Source: Hormiphora californensis (lineage: Eukaryota > Animalia > Ctenophora). From it: DNA of 64,000 bases. Each line of letters begins with the position of its first letter. Position 1 is the stretch's first letter. The position numbers were made by a program, and so were the translations under genes. The stretch spans positions 7,254,001 to 7,318,000 of the forward strand of contig CM035355.1 of the NCBI GenBank assembly GCA_020137815.1. Reading direction: 5' to 3'. Positions 1 to 26,100 of this stretch are shown here, in pieces. Under the pieces are notes generated by a model that did not search any database, was not told where the DNA came from, and saw only the letters and a list, made by a program, of their open reading frames with translations.

Positions 1-249
1 TCCCGTACTATGATTTCCGGTATGAACCAATTAGGCTTCCCTATCTGTAGAGCGGAGAGCCCTCCTGTCATCAGCTAGATAGACTCTGCATTACCACGTG
101 TTCTCTATTACACACCGATACATCACGAGATTATTAGGACATACCACATATTTAAGAGGTTCTGATCCTGGTTCTCGGCTCTTGTTTTTAACACAGTCGA
201 CTGTAAAATCATTACATGTGTTCATGTGTATCTAGAAAGTTTGATAGGA

Positions 250-285
250 AGAGAGAGGGAGAGAGGGGAGAGAGAGAGACCGAGG

Positions 286-355
<70 letters not shown>

Positions 356-459
356 TCGCTCGATCTCGCTCGCTCTCTCTCTACTCTCTCTATACTCTCT
401 CTCTATATATCGCGCTCGCTCTCTATGCGCTCTCTGTATATCTCTCTCTCTCTCTCTGC

Positions 460-531
<72 letters not shown>
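250..531. repeat. Inverted (GA)n/(TC)n microsatellite pair; further (GA)n/(TC)n tracts near 3720, 6360, 7680-8070, 38010, 47645, 48870, 63930
   Basis: Directly visible. Confidence 0.95.
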
Positions 532-536
<5 letters not shown>

Positions 537-813
537 TTTTCTTTTTTTTCTGTGTATGTGTACTTGCTTCATGATGTGGAGTCGGCACACTGCTTACTAA
601 CAGAACACACAGGCAGCACGACCTCACGTACTAGCAGTTCTCACAACTCACGTGTACAATAACTTTACAATACTGACGTCATCAATAAGTTTTAATAACT
701 CTCACGTGGTGGGGGCTAGTGGAGGGGGCTAGTGCTGGTAGCCGGAGACTTGGAAAATGTGGAATCGAGTAGAATAGAGTAGAACCCCTGCAGAACAAAA
801 CAAAATATTCTAG

Positions 814-14756
<13,943 letters not shown>

Positions 14757-15990
14757 CAACATACGGGGTAAAACAAGTCAGAGACAATGTATATCAAGCT
14801 GGGACCTTTCCGTATCTTGGAGCTTTTAGCAGTCAGAGAAAGTCCGCTTTCCCGGTACATTTTGATAAACGTTAAAAACAATATCGCAGTCACTGAAGCA
14901 TTCTCTCCTGCTGCTAAGGCTCTCAGGTGGGGACAGGTCGGTGGACAATTTCAGGTTTTTAACCCTTTCCCTTTCGGACAAATATATATTGGCTGTATGT
15001 TCGTTCTTGGCTATTGGTTCATCCAGAGAGAGAGAGTTACTGTTGAATCCTAGGTGAATTTCGTAGGGCGTACCTTGCAGAGAGAGAGAAAGAGAGAGAA
15101 AGAGAGAGAAAGAATGGTGAACAGTTTGATGGAAAGAGACAGATCTTACAACAGACTTCATGACAGATATATAAACTTGATTTTATAAAGAATTAAGAAA
15201 GTTGTGGGATGATGGGTCCCCCCCCCCCCCCAAAGATAGACAGTTCGCTTTCCCTTGAGCATGTGATAGAGAGAAAGGTAGGCATGGTTATTTTTATCAG
15301 TACTTTAGATCAGTAGATTAAAGTTTGGCCAGTTGTGAAATTAGTTATTTCCGCGGTCTGCACGTTTGAGATTTCGAACTGGGTGCTCAGTTTTCCTAAG
15401 AAACCATTGATTCGCCCCTTCTCACTCTCACAAGAACCTGTTCAGATTTGTCAGGCCAATGCTCTGACCACAGTTCTCGTGCGCTCCGAGAATAGGGTCA
15501 GGCCAATGCTCTGACAGGTTCAGGTTGTTACAGGAGCGGAAAGGGGCGAATTCCTTTGTGTTTATGTTTATGTGTCTTGCGTGAAAAGAAAAGTACTTTT
15601 TGTTTTTCTGTACCTAGATTCTACAAAATGTCACCGGCAAATAATCGTTTTTGTCTGTACCGAAGAAAATACGAGAGAAACTTTAAAAATCAAGTTTTTT
15701 GTCTTTATGTTTTTTGAAAGTAATGGGGCGCCTGCTGCTTTCAACTGCTTACAAATGCGGCATGTTGGTGGTTCGAGGTGCACCAGATAAAAATTAATTA
15801 TGTTCATTTAGATTCTAAAATTCTAACTTATGATCTACAAACTTCTTTTGAAAGAAATGTGTTGGCAATTTCCTGCCCCTCTCCCCCGACGTAGTCCAGA
15901 CACCCCCCCCCCCCATTCTACACATAATTTTACCACTTTTATATACTAAAATGATCACCATAATCTAATCACCATTGTTCCCATAGCAAC

Positions 15991-18967
15991 ATGGCAGTTA
16001 ACTGGTTACCCTTTCTTGGTTACCTCTCCATCTCCTTTGGACCCTCGGTTACCCTATTTTCCCTGGTGGCTGCATCAGAAGCCCAGGCCGTTATCCTTTG
16101 GATCACCTCGGCCTTCTTTTGGCTCCTCTCCCTCCTCCTCACATCACTCCTCTGGCTCGCTGTGGTTCCTCTCAAGGATTATGTCGTGTTTACTCTCTTT
16201 TTCTCCGTCTTCTTTCAGGTTCGTAAAACTAGCCAATCATGTGTCGAGTAATGACTGGATTTGTATTTGTAATGACTGGATGAATCATGCAATTGCGTTG
16301 AAAATCCTTTAGAAATTAAAATATATGCTAAATACATGCGGTTTTCACAAGTAACATAATCCATAAAGTCTATAAATAGCTCTAATAGAACAATTTATAG
16401 ACTTTCTGCACTGGATTTATGTAACTCGTCAAAGCACCTCTTTTTGGGAAAAAAACACATTCCTGAGTCCTGACCATGACAATAACTTTGCGCAGGAAGG
16501 ATTCCGTGTATTATTTATTATGATGGTACGAGTGGCGAACACAGCTCTCAGCAGGATATCCCGGGACACTGCTGACCTTTTCCATGGACCCCGGTACTCT
16601 CTTATTGCAGGTACACTACTGATATTTGTTATGTTCTAACCCTCACAGTCTAGCCAGGCTTACTGATATTAGGTTAGCTCATTCCTTACATGTTACCGCT
16701 GATACCTTGTTATCCTTTTGTCACCACACCAAATGGGGCCCTTTTGTCACCACACCAAATGGGGCCCTTTTGTCACCACACCAAATGGGGCCCTTTTGTC
16801 ACCACTGACCACTGACCACTGACCCCACAAGGCGGTCAAAGGGGAAAGTGCCATTACACCATCCACACTATCACCCAATTTGTCAGCCTCGAACAGCTCA
16901 AGAGAGCACGTGTTCAGAGGGATGCATGGCAGCAATCAGAAATTCGTAATGAGCTCCGTTCATTTTTCATTCATAAACTATTTACATGACACATGTAGTT
17001 ATCGAGTAAAATATAATATTTCTCTGCAGGACTTGGTTACGGAGCTATGAGTGCTATGTTCATGTATGTCAACGTTCTCTCAGAGGCCAGTGGACCAGGT
17101 ACAATCTACTGTAAGTGTAACTTAAAGTCCGTTTCAAGCGACTTGACCTGTAATTCTTGGAATTTGGCGCATTGCGCGTGTATTTACAAAGGGGAAATCC
17201 TGAATTTCCAGGAATCTCAGGTCAAGTCGTTTGAAACGCACTTTAGGAGAATAGAACTAGATCACTGCGCTGACAAGCGCTTAGCGCAAAGGTGGCCATT
17301 ATCAAATTATTTCATAAAATCCGTCAGCACCCACCGGGCGAGCAAGATGGGGATCCGTATTTCTAATACTGACCGGGGGGGGGGGGGGGGACATGTTAAT
17401 TGTTAATAAATCACCTCTTTTTTTCGATTTTGTTAATTAACGTTAATTAACAAAATTAACAAAATTAACAAATGCTAAAAGACTGTTCTTATTGGTTAAT
17501 AATACGACTTTAACTGGTTTAATTTTATAGATTAATGAATTATCTAACACATATATACCCAAACAAGGCCTTTTCCGATAACCAAAGTCCGACATACAGG
17601 TTTTTTGGCTCAAAATCGATAAAATTCCAAAAGTTACAAATATTTCAATTTAGCGTATAAAATCTCACTTTAACGTAATTTTTAAATTGGTAATCGATTC
17701 TTTGGACGTAAAAAGATGATGTACAATGTTTCTGTTGAAAAAAGAAATAAAATTTTCCCAAAATCAATTTTTTGGTCAAGGATTGAAAATTTGCTTCGCT
17801 ACAAATCCTTGTGTTTTTTTTAGAAAAATTGATTTTTGGGATATTTTTCGTTTTAAGGTAAATTCATGAGTCTTATTTAGTTTTTAAGGTGCGAAAATGT
17901 GGATTAGTGTCATTTGACTTCAATTGCGGTTTAGTTTGGCTAGTATTTATTAACATTTACAAAATGGAATAAATCGCTGTAGAAAAGCCGTAATAGAGGT
18001 AGTAGGGGTATGTAAATCGTACAGAATGAACAACTTTGCTCGCAGAACAAGTGTTAAATACTAAAAATACGTGCTAAAGGGGATTTAGATGACATAAATG
18101 GCATTTGTTAACGTTTGTTAACTTTTTGTTAATTTGTTAATAAATCACCTGTTTTCTCGATGTTAATATTAACAAAGTTAACAAAATTAACATGTCCCCC
18201 CCCCCTACTGACCCCAAACTCGACTGCAAGATTTCCGAATTCTCCCACCACTAACCCACTGCATCCCCTTTCAGCGGATGGGAAACCGTCCCTTCCAATA
18301 TTCCTAACCGGGGCCCTGCTTGCCAGCGCTATGACAGGCCTCCATGTGTGTTGGGGAGTTCTCAGCTCGGAGGCAGTTGAAACACGGAACTGGCGATTGG
18401 GGCTGATTGTTATTCTCTCTCATTTGGTGGGTATATTGGTTTGTTTGTGTTTGCCCGGTATTTAGTATCAATAATATGTAGCAATATTATACTTGATTTT
18501 GAAAATGGAATGGGTGTTTTTAATGAAAAGTCGAGACAATTGACTTTTGGTAACAATTGCTTTCAAGAACCTTTCTGTAAATACCCCGCCGCGTCAACTA
18601 CTTAGAACGAGGCCACTTCGCCTCAAGAATTTAATTTAATCTCGACCTTGATTGTATCCAATTTGATAACTAACTAACCAGTGGTTAGTTATCAATCTTT
18701 CTACCACTTTAATCTCCTTCTATTTATATCTCTCCGTATTGACCTGGTTATCATGTTAAGATATCAGAGGGTTATATAATATGGTTATTGGTTATTAACC
18801 AACCCCTCTCTCTCCGCCAGTTCGCATCAAGTATGACTGTAATGAACGAGTACAAGATCTCCCCAATCTACTCAATCCTGTCGACCTATGCCACCCTTGG
18901 TGTTGTCGGAGCCTTCACCTTCCACCGAGCAAAGGGACACATCCAGCCTTTCTTTAAACTTAGATGA
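15991..18967 (+). CDS. APH1: Gamma-secretase subunit APH-1. Exons: 15991-16218, 16496-16610, 17030-17110, 18275-18426, 18821-18967
   Basis: Spliced product has SFGPS..AFFWLLSLLLTSLLW..SVFFQEGFR, the GxxxG-type motif AGLGYGAMS, NVLSEASGPG, and the conserved His in GLHVCWG and LSHL. Phases are consistent and the stop is TGA at 18965-18967. Confidence 0.93.
17375..18205. mobile_element. Non-autonomous DNA transposon with poly-G/poly-C termini and 8-bp TSD
   Basis: G(n)ACATGTTAATT...AATTAACATGTC(n) flanked by TACTGACC on both sides; in APH-1 intron 3. Confidence 0.8.
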
Positions 18968-19127
18968 ACAATGAACAATTAGTTTGATGTGTCTGGACAC
19001 ACTCATTTTATATGTTTGGCTTGAGAAATGTTTGGGGAAACATTAGAGTGAGATTTAATTGTCAGATATAGGTAGTTTGATTGTTACTCATTTACCTCTC
19101 ATATTTGGGCTTATAAGAAGTATAGTA

Positions 19128-20001
19128 CCGTGTGCGGCAAAAAAAATCCCCCCCTAGACCACCATAGTTGCCGATGTGGTGGAGAGCTGTAACTTGGCAG
19201 GGTTGCTCCACTATGTCTATCTTGATCCTGACAGAAAAATCAGAGCTCTAGCTCAAAATTCATTTTCATGAACGGAATGAACATTGTCATTCATTCCAGG
19301 AAAAAATATTTTCCGGTCCAAAATTTAACTAATTATGTTTGGCTATCGATTTGCTTTCCAATGTGACCAAGATCAGCTAAATTGGACAACCACAAGAGAC
19401 ACAGTGTCATGTTGCTTTAAGTTAGTCAGGTCATGTGATCTTCACCGAATCGTTGAGTTTCCGGGATTGCTAATCGGGCCAATGGGCAAAGGAATCTCGT
19501 ATCATGGCCGCTAATTGGGTATGTGTACCAATACAGGGTGATGTGATTCGAGGAAAGAGGACATTTATCAAAGAGCTACAGATCTGATGACCAATCAGCA
19601 TCGTCATCCCTCATTAGCAGATGTGATACGTGATTCTCTACCACTTAGACCAATTCGTAATACTGAACACGATCAACGATTCAGTGAAGATCACATGACC
19701 TGACTAACTTTAAGAAACATGACACTGTGTCTCTTGTGGTTGTCCAATTTAGCTGATCTTGGTCACATTGGAAAGCTAATCGATAGCCAAACATAATTAG
19801 TTAAATTTTGGACCGGAAAATATTTTTTCCTGGAATGAATGACAATGTTCATTCCGTTCATGAAAATGAATTTTGAGCTAGAGCTCTGATTTTTCTGTCA
19901 GGATCAAGATAGACATAGTGGAGCAACCCTGCCAAGTTACAGCTCTCCACCACATCGGCAACTATGGTGGTCTAGGGGGGGATTTTTTTTGCCGCACACG
20001 G
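19128..20001. mobile_element. Long-TIR (~330 bp) MITE with TA TSD (Tc1/mariner-pogo type)
   Basis: TA|CCGTGTGCGGCAAAA...TTTTGCCGCACACGG|TA. Confidence 0.85.
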
Positions 20002-20209
20002 TACATACATACAACAATATTCGTATGTTTAAATCTGTTAAAGAAGTTTAAAATCCTAGGGTACTCTACTAATAATTTCCCTATACATATTAGTTGCACA
20101 TATTTCCCCATATTGTAATATTATTTTCCCGTATATTATTTACAGTTATCTAGTTCTATGGTAACGTCTGAATACTGCAAACCATTACACGTTAGGAGCT
20201 TATATAACA

Positions 20210-20658
20210 TCCTTATTATAATTTGCAAATGCGTGGCGTGGTGATGGTGTAGTATCATCACGTGCAAATAGAGGGGGGTTGCCAAGGAGGTGGCTTGGAA
20301 GCTGGGTATTGGAGGGGGATACTGCACGTGCATGTTGTTGGTTGGTTGTTTGTTGCGTGTTCCTGTGTTGTTCCTGTGGTGTTTTGGGATCTACTGCTGG
20401 GACCTCCATGATTGCCAAAGCCTTTCTACCTACGCACCCCGGTGATTCTCTACACATGTCTACAATTCTACGGATCTTTATCACCTAATTCTACATGTTA
20501 TTCAGCGGGATTTCCCTTGATGTTTATCACCAGCATTCTACCACTACCAACCTCTTTACCCCGACATGGAGAGACGAAGAGTAAGAGGGGGAGAGAAACA
20601 TGGGGACGGGTGGGGGGGGGGGGGGGGGGCTATCGTAGGACTTCAATGGGCTTTCTAG
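20210..20658 (+). mobile_element. Solo non-autonomous Helitron-like element (449 bp)
   Basis: A|TCCTTATTAT...GGGCTTTCTAG|T. Nearly identical to unit 9023-9468. Confidence 0.78.
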
Positions 20659-20714
20659 TGTTAAATATTATCATAAACGCAAGCTCTTGTGAGGTGACAA
20701 TTGAATATGTAATG

Positions 20715-22919
20715 ATCTGTCTGGCCCCGCGACCCCATCTGAAAATCAAATTGGGGTATGGCGCCGCCATACAGGTAATGATGAATTCTACGAGCTCTAG
20801 CTCTAATAGCAGGCCGTAAAATTTTGTTAAATTATAAACAAAAGTCTTGCTTTTGACAGCTTTGTAGTTGAATATCCATCAAATTCAACGAAATATTAAG
20901 AGCCGTCAGTAGCAAATTGGGCTAGACATGACAACTCACTTTTTGTTATGTTCTAACACGTGCGTGGAGGTCTGTCACGCATGAGCACCTCCCGATCCCG
21001 AGTTATCACTTGCCCTCTCTCAAATCACAAGCTCTGTCAGCGCAGCCAATCAAATTGCTGCATTTATGGTCACTTTCATTAGATCAAATGATCTTATGCT
21101 ACAGTTACCCCAAGAAAATTAATTGGTATTTGTCCATTGTTTCTTGCTTAAATTATTTTTTTATATTTACGAGAATTTTCATCTACACCACCATTATTAT
21201 ATCTAGCTTGCGAATGAGCCTTAAGGGTACACCTGGCGTTTTTCATCATCGAGTGCCCAACCAAATGACTTCACCAGGGTTTAGGTCATACAAAATGGAC
21301 CTCAAATATGCAATTTTAGCCCTAAAGTCGAATTCATATTTTTGCTACAGCCTATTTTCAAAGTGGCGTTTTTTCAACTTTTGTTGGAATTTTTAACCTC
21401 AGGACCACTTTTTTTGAGATAGAAACATTAAATTCTTGGAATTTGAAGAGAATATAAAGGTGAATAAGCCCAAAGAAGGATTTTTGAAATGGAGCTTATT
21501 TCTGGTCATGAGAACGGTTTACTTTTTTGCTTCTTTGACACGCTGGCTGAGAATGTTCCCATGCTTCATTAGAGATGAAAATCTGGAAATAGTTGCTCAA
21601 AACGATTATCTATGTGGCCCAAAAATTTTGGAACTTTCCCGCCAAAGATGTGGTGTACAGAGTTTGTTTTGTGAAGCCCGTCTTTTTGAAATAGAGGGAA
21701 ATTCCCTGTATCTCAAAAACGGATGATTGTAGAGACCTGCGACCAAGCTTAATCGATTCAGAAGGTCCGATTTTGGGGGGGTCTTCTGAGAGACATTTTG
21801 CTCCTACTCCAACCGTTTTTGCTGTAATTACAAAAATCAATTCTATGAAAAGGGGGAACAACTCTATTCCAGTAGCCTGCTTCGGGCTGATTTCCCCCTT
21901 ACTTGCTGATACCTTTTTCGCAATTACAGCAAAAACGGTTGGAGTAGGAGCAAAATGTCTCTCAGAAGACCCCCCCAAAATCGGACCTTCTGAATCGATT
22001 AAGCTTGGTCGCAGGTTTCTACAATCATCCGTTTTTGAGATACAGGGAATTTCCCTCTTTTTCAAAAAGACGGGTTTCACAAAACAAGCTCTGTACACCA
22101 CATCTTTGGCAGGAAAGTTCCAAAATTTTTGGGCCACATAGATAATTGTTTTGAGCAACTATTTCCAGATTTTCATCTCTAATGAAGCATGGGAACATTC
22201 TCAGCCAGCGTGTCAAAGAAGCAAAAAAGTAAACCGTTCTCATGACCAGAAATAAGCTCCATTTCAAATTTCCTTCTTTGGGCTTATTCACCTTTATATT
22301 CTCTTCAAATTCCAAGAATTTAATGTTTCTATCTCAAAAAAAGTGGTCCTGAGGTTAAAAATTCTAACAAAAATTGAAAAAACGCCACTTTGAAAATAGG
22401 CTGTAGCAAAAATATGAATTCGATTTTAGGGCTAAAATTGCATATTTGAGGTCCATTTTGTATGACCTAAACCCTGGTGAAGTCATTTGGTTGGGCACTC
22501 GATGATGAAAAACGCCAGGTGTACCCTTAACTAGCTAAAGTTACTGAGAAGAATTAAGTTTTACGATCTAGAAGTATGATTTCATATTCTTTCACCGATG
22601 ACAGACCCCCGACAGACAAAAGACGATCTGGTGGTGATTCCGAAAGGATGATCCGGCACTATGCTGTCTCGCCTGTTTGGCGAGACTTGGCTGTGTGACT
22701 GTTTACAGTCCCAGATGAGCGGTTCAAACCAAACCAAACCAAACCCCTGAGAAACCACCACCCTCCCGGCCTTGGGAAACTCGCTTTGTGTCAGTTGTCA
22801 CAATAATTCTTATAATGTCCCTCAAATATAAATATTTTATTTCCCTCAAAGGGATACTGTATGGCGGTGCCATACCCCATTTGACAGTGCGCTCTGATGG
22901 GTCGCGGCGCCAGACAGAT
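20715..22919. mobile_element. Degenerate TIR element hosting the 21225-22526 insertion
   Basis: ATCTGTCTGGCCCCGCGACCCCATC ... GATGGGTCGCGGCGCCAGACAGAT, plus mirrored GGGGTATGGCGCCGCCATACAG subterminal motifs. Related end sequences occur near 27270-27350 and 40497-40520. Confidence 0.55.
21225..22526. mobile_element. Palindromic non-autonomous transposon, ~600-bp TIRs, TTAA TSD (Kolobok/Sola3-like termini)
   Basis: TTAA|GGGTACACCTGGC...GCCAGGTGTACCC|TTAA with a short central spacer. Confidence 0.9.
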
Positions 22920-23192
22920 ACCTATTTTATCTCACTTAAATTGTTGCTTCAGAGCTGCGTGCTTATACAGTGTGATCAAGTTTTTTTGATATTATCGATC
23001 AGATTATTTTCAATTTGGCAAAGACAGTCTTTGTCAATGTGTCTAAACAAGAACGACCAGTCCCTTTCTTTCACTCTCGCTAATTGTTTCTGTCAGAGCA
23101 TTGGCCTGACAGCTATAATAATAATGTTTGTTCTTGTTTCAATTACTTCAACCTTGATTATCTACCCCGGCGGTGATTAATCTGAATCATTA

Positions 23193-26100
23193 TTAATTGA
23201 ATGGTGGTAAGTTTGGACCTTTCCCGTGATAATACCACTCGGCGAAGGGGTTGTCTTTGGCGGAATCGTGGTACCGGTTATCTGAAGAGAGTTCAGGGAA
23301 TTATAGTAATCGTGCTATGTTAAATGTACACGAATGGAATCACGTACATGATACAAAATGTACATTGTACTGTTATTGGTAGTACAATTTTCAAAATTTG
23401 TACATTCTACACATGGCGTGGGAAATTCCGCACGCGCGCGTTGTATTCCGAATGCCAGTTGACCCACTTACACTGGATATGATACATCGCGCCCTCCAGA
23501 ATTAAAAATTACTCACCCAAAGCTTCAAGGACATGTCCCGCCATTGTACAGGATGTCTTCTGTGGATTATCCTCAACAGTCAGATATTTTACAATCCCAT
23601 TCTCCAAAATCATCGCGAATCTTTTCGACCTGATACCTGCAGGGCGTCATGCAAGGTGTGTTTCATATTAAACTTACCTTACTCTCGTTAATTAAGCTCG
23701 CATATTTCAAGAAACTTTTAAATAAGAAACTTTTTTTCTAGGAAACTACAGGTGTAAGCAATCCAAAAACAAATAGAATTTCTCCTTGATCAAGAAACTA
23801 AACAAGTTAGGGGTGTTCTATTTTATTGTGGTGGCTCTGAATTGAGTGATTTACATTTGAAAAGTTTCTTATAAAAAAGTTTCTTACTAAAGCGTTTCTT
23901 AAAAAACGAGAGTAAGGTATTCTAGTTAGTACAGTCGGACCCCGATTTAACAATTAACGGCACCCTCGGAGAAAAGGGTTTTGTCGGATAAATCGGGGTG
24001 TCCGCTAAATCGGGGTCAAATACTATACTGTTAATTTCCTATATCGGGGAAGATTATCCGTTAAATAGGGGTTCGACTGCAGTAGTTCTATTGGGAAAGT
24101 GGCAAATCGTCGACTTGATCGAAAGGAACCGGTCACTAACAGTTAAAAAACTCTTTGACACCGTCGTCAGAGACTGATAAAGATAAGGTGACATATTCAA
24201 GGACATAACTATTACTGAAAGTGGGACTTTCGAAAAAAAGAAACTTTGATCCAAAGAAGCTCCATGAACTATTTGATGGTCTGCATTTGTCTTTGAGACC
24301 ATCAACATTTGTAACGACGTAACGTCTGGAAACGGAGAGACAAACGAGTCACGAGAATTAGGGACTCCCTTAGGTAGGTCCGTTATTACAGTTTTCTGCT
24401 CTCCATTTTTTCGAACCGTTTATTTTATAAAATTCGTACCGTCGTGAGGCAAGGCGAGTTCTACCGAATCCTCTCATATCCTGTATTAGCTAAACAATGT
24501 ATGTATGTATAATACCGCGTGGGCCAATAAAAAGGGAGGGTCTTAAATCTTCGATTTCTCGGGCAGCTTAATTCCAATGGTTCTGAAATTTTGACACAAT
24601 GTTGTTGAGCTTATGCCAGGTAGATATATGTATAGGTAATGTTCCATGTCAGTAGACCGCTTCTTGAGCGGAACGTCTCTGTAGTCGGCAGTGGGCTTTG
24701 AATTGGGCAATGGGCATTCATGGGCACTCAGGCTATGACCTCTCCAAGTCCTACACGTTGTTAGAATGTTAGTTCTAATCAGCTGCTGTGTTTGACTATC
24801 CAGATTATTAATCGGGATCATGATAATTCCAGGAAACACGATCCCCACTGCAATTAGCTAATTAAATAATTAGCAATTGACTAATTAAATAATTAGCTGT
24901 ACCCACCTCCGAGTTGAGCATACATGTTTGTATCCAGTCCAATACTTTTAGTAAATTCACAAAGCACATCCGCCAATACTTTCACCTAGGGAATTAAATA
25001 TACGGGTCATCAAAACATCGAAGATATAATGTATTTTTTCGTTGGAATTATCTATTGCGTGGCAATATATCACTTCTTATAAATATGTATCATTACTTCC
25101 TTGACTTGTCAGTTTGGGTATGTCGTGTGGTGTTCTAAGTACACCATTTATTTTCGATTCTATGGAACTTCAAAACCGAGAAGCAATGCATGAATTTTAA
25201 GATATGAAATTTGTTCTCGCTATTGCAAGCAGCTTAGTCAAATTAAACGAAGACCAAATTCTTATATATAATCTTTACACTGCACAGCTGCATACACACG
25301 TTATTCAATAACGTCCTAGTGTTGATAAAGCAAAATACAATCAAGAAATTAACGCTGAAATGCTCCCCCAATCAGCATCCCGGTAAATCGGGGTCCGACA
25401 GTACATAATAGGTAGGTGTGTAGTTTATCATAACCATGGACACAGAACGGCCCAAAAAGAACATTTATTTTGTCCCTACATACATGTTCCTTAAGTACTT
25501 AATATTATTAATATTTGCAAATCGCATATATATGACCACTTTTCTAAAGAAGAATATAGGACGTAGATAGGTCCCTTGATAAACACAGATAGATAGGTAG
25601 ATAGGTAGATAGAATATTGGCTCCATTGCAACCTATTCTCGCTCCGCGAAGAATAGGCTCCCGCCCTGTGGACAGCAAGAACTCACATGTGCGCGATGTA
25701 AAGCACGTTTTTCAGCAAATCCCGTGCGACAGACTGTTTTGGGAGACCTTTTTAGCTGACCTAGCACTACTCAAACGTCAATTACCGCCTCATTTCGCAT
25801 CGTGCTGAATCGGCGGGTATTTTCCCATGCTCACAAGGCCATGACGATTCACCCAGTACCTGCAGATTGTCCCAGGACCGAGTAGGAGCTTGCAGCCAGG
25901 TCTTTAAAGAATTGCCCATGTTTAGAGTCAATTTTGACCCACTATTCCTCAAATGCTGATACTCGCGGGTATTTTCCGTAAAACTAGAGACAATTATCTG
26001 CCAGTGGCAACAAACGAGATGCAAATCGGTTCAGTAGTTCCTTGCAGCCAGGTCTTTGAAAAAGTTTGCTCTAAAATCAATAACAGGGCGGAGGCCTGTA

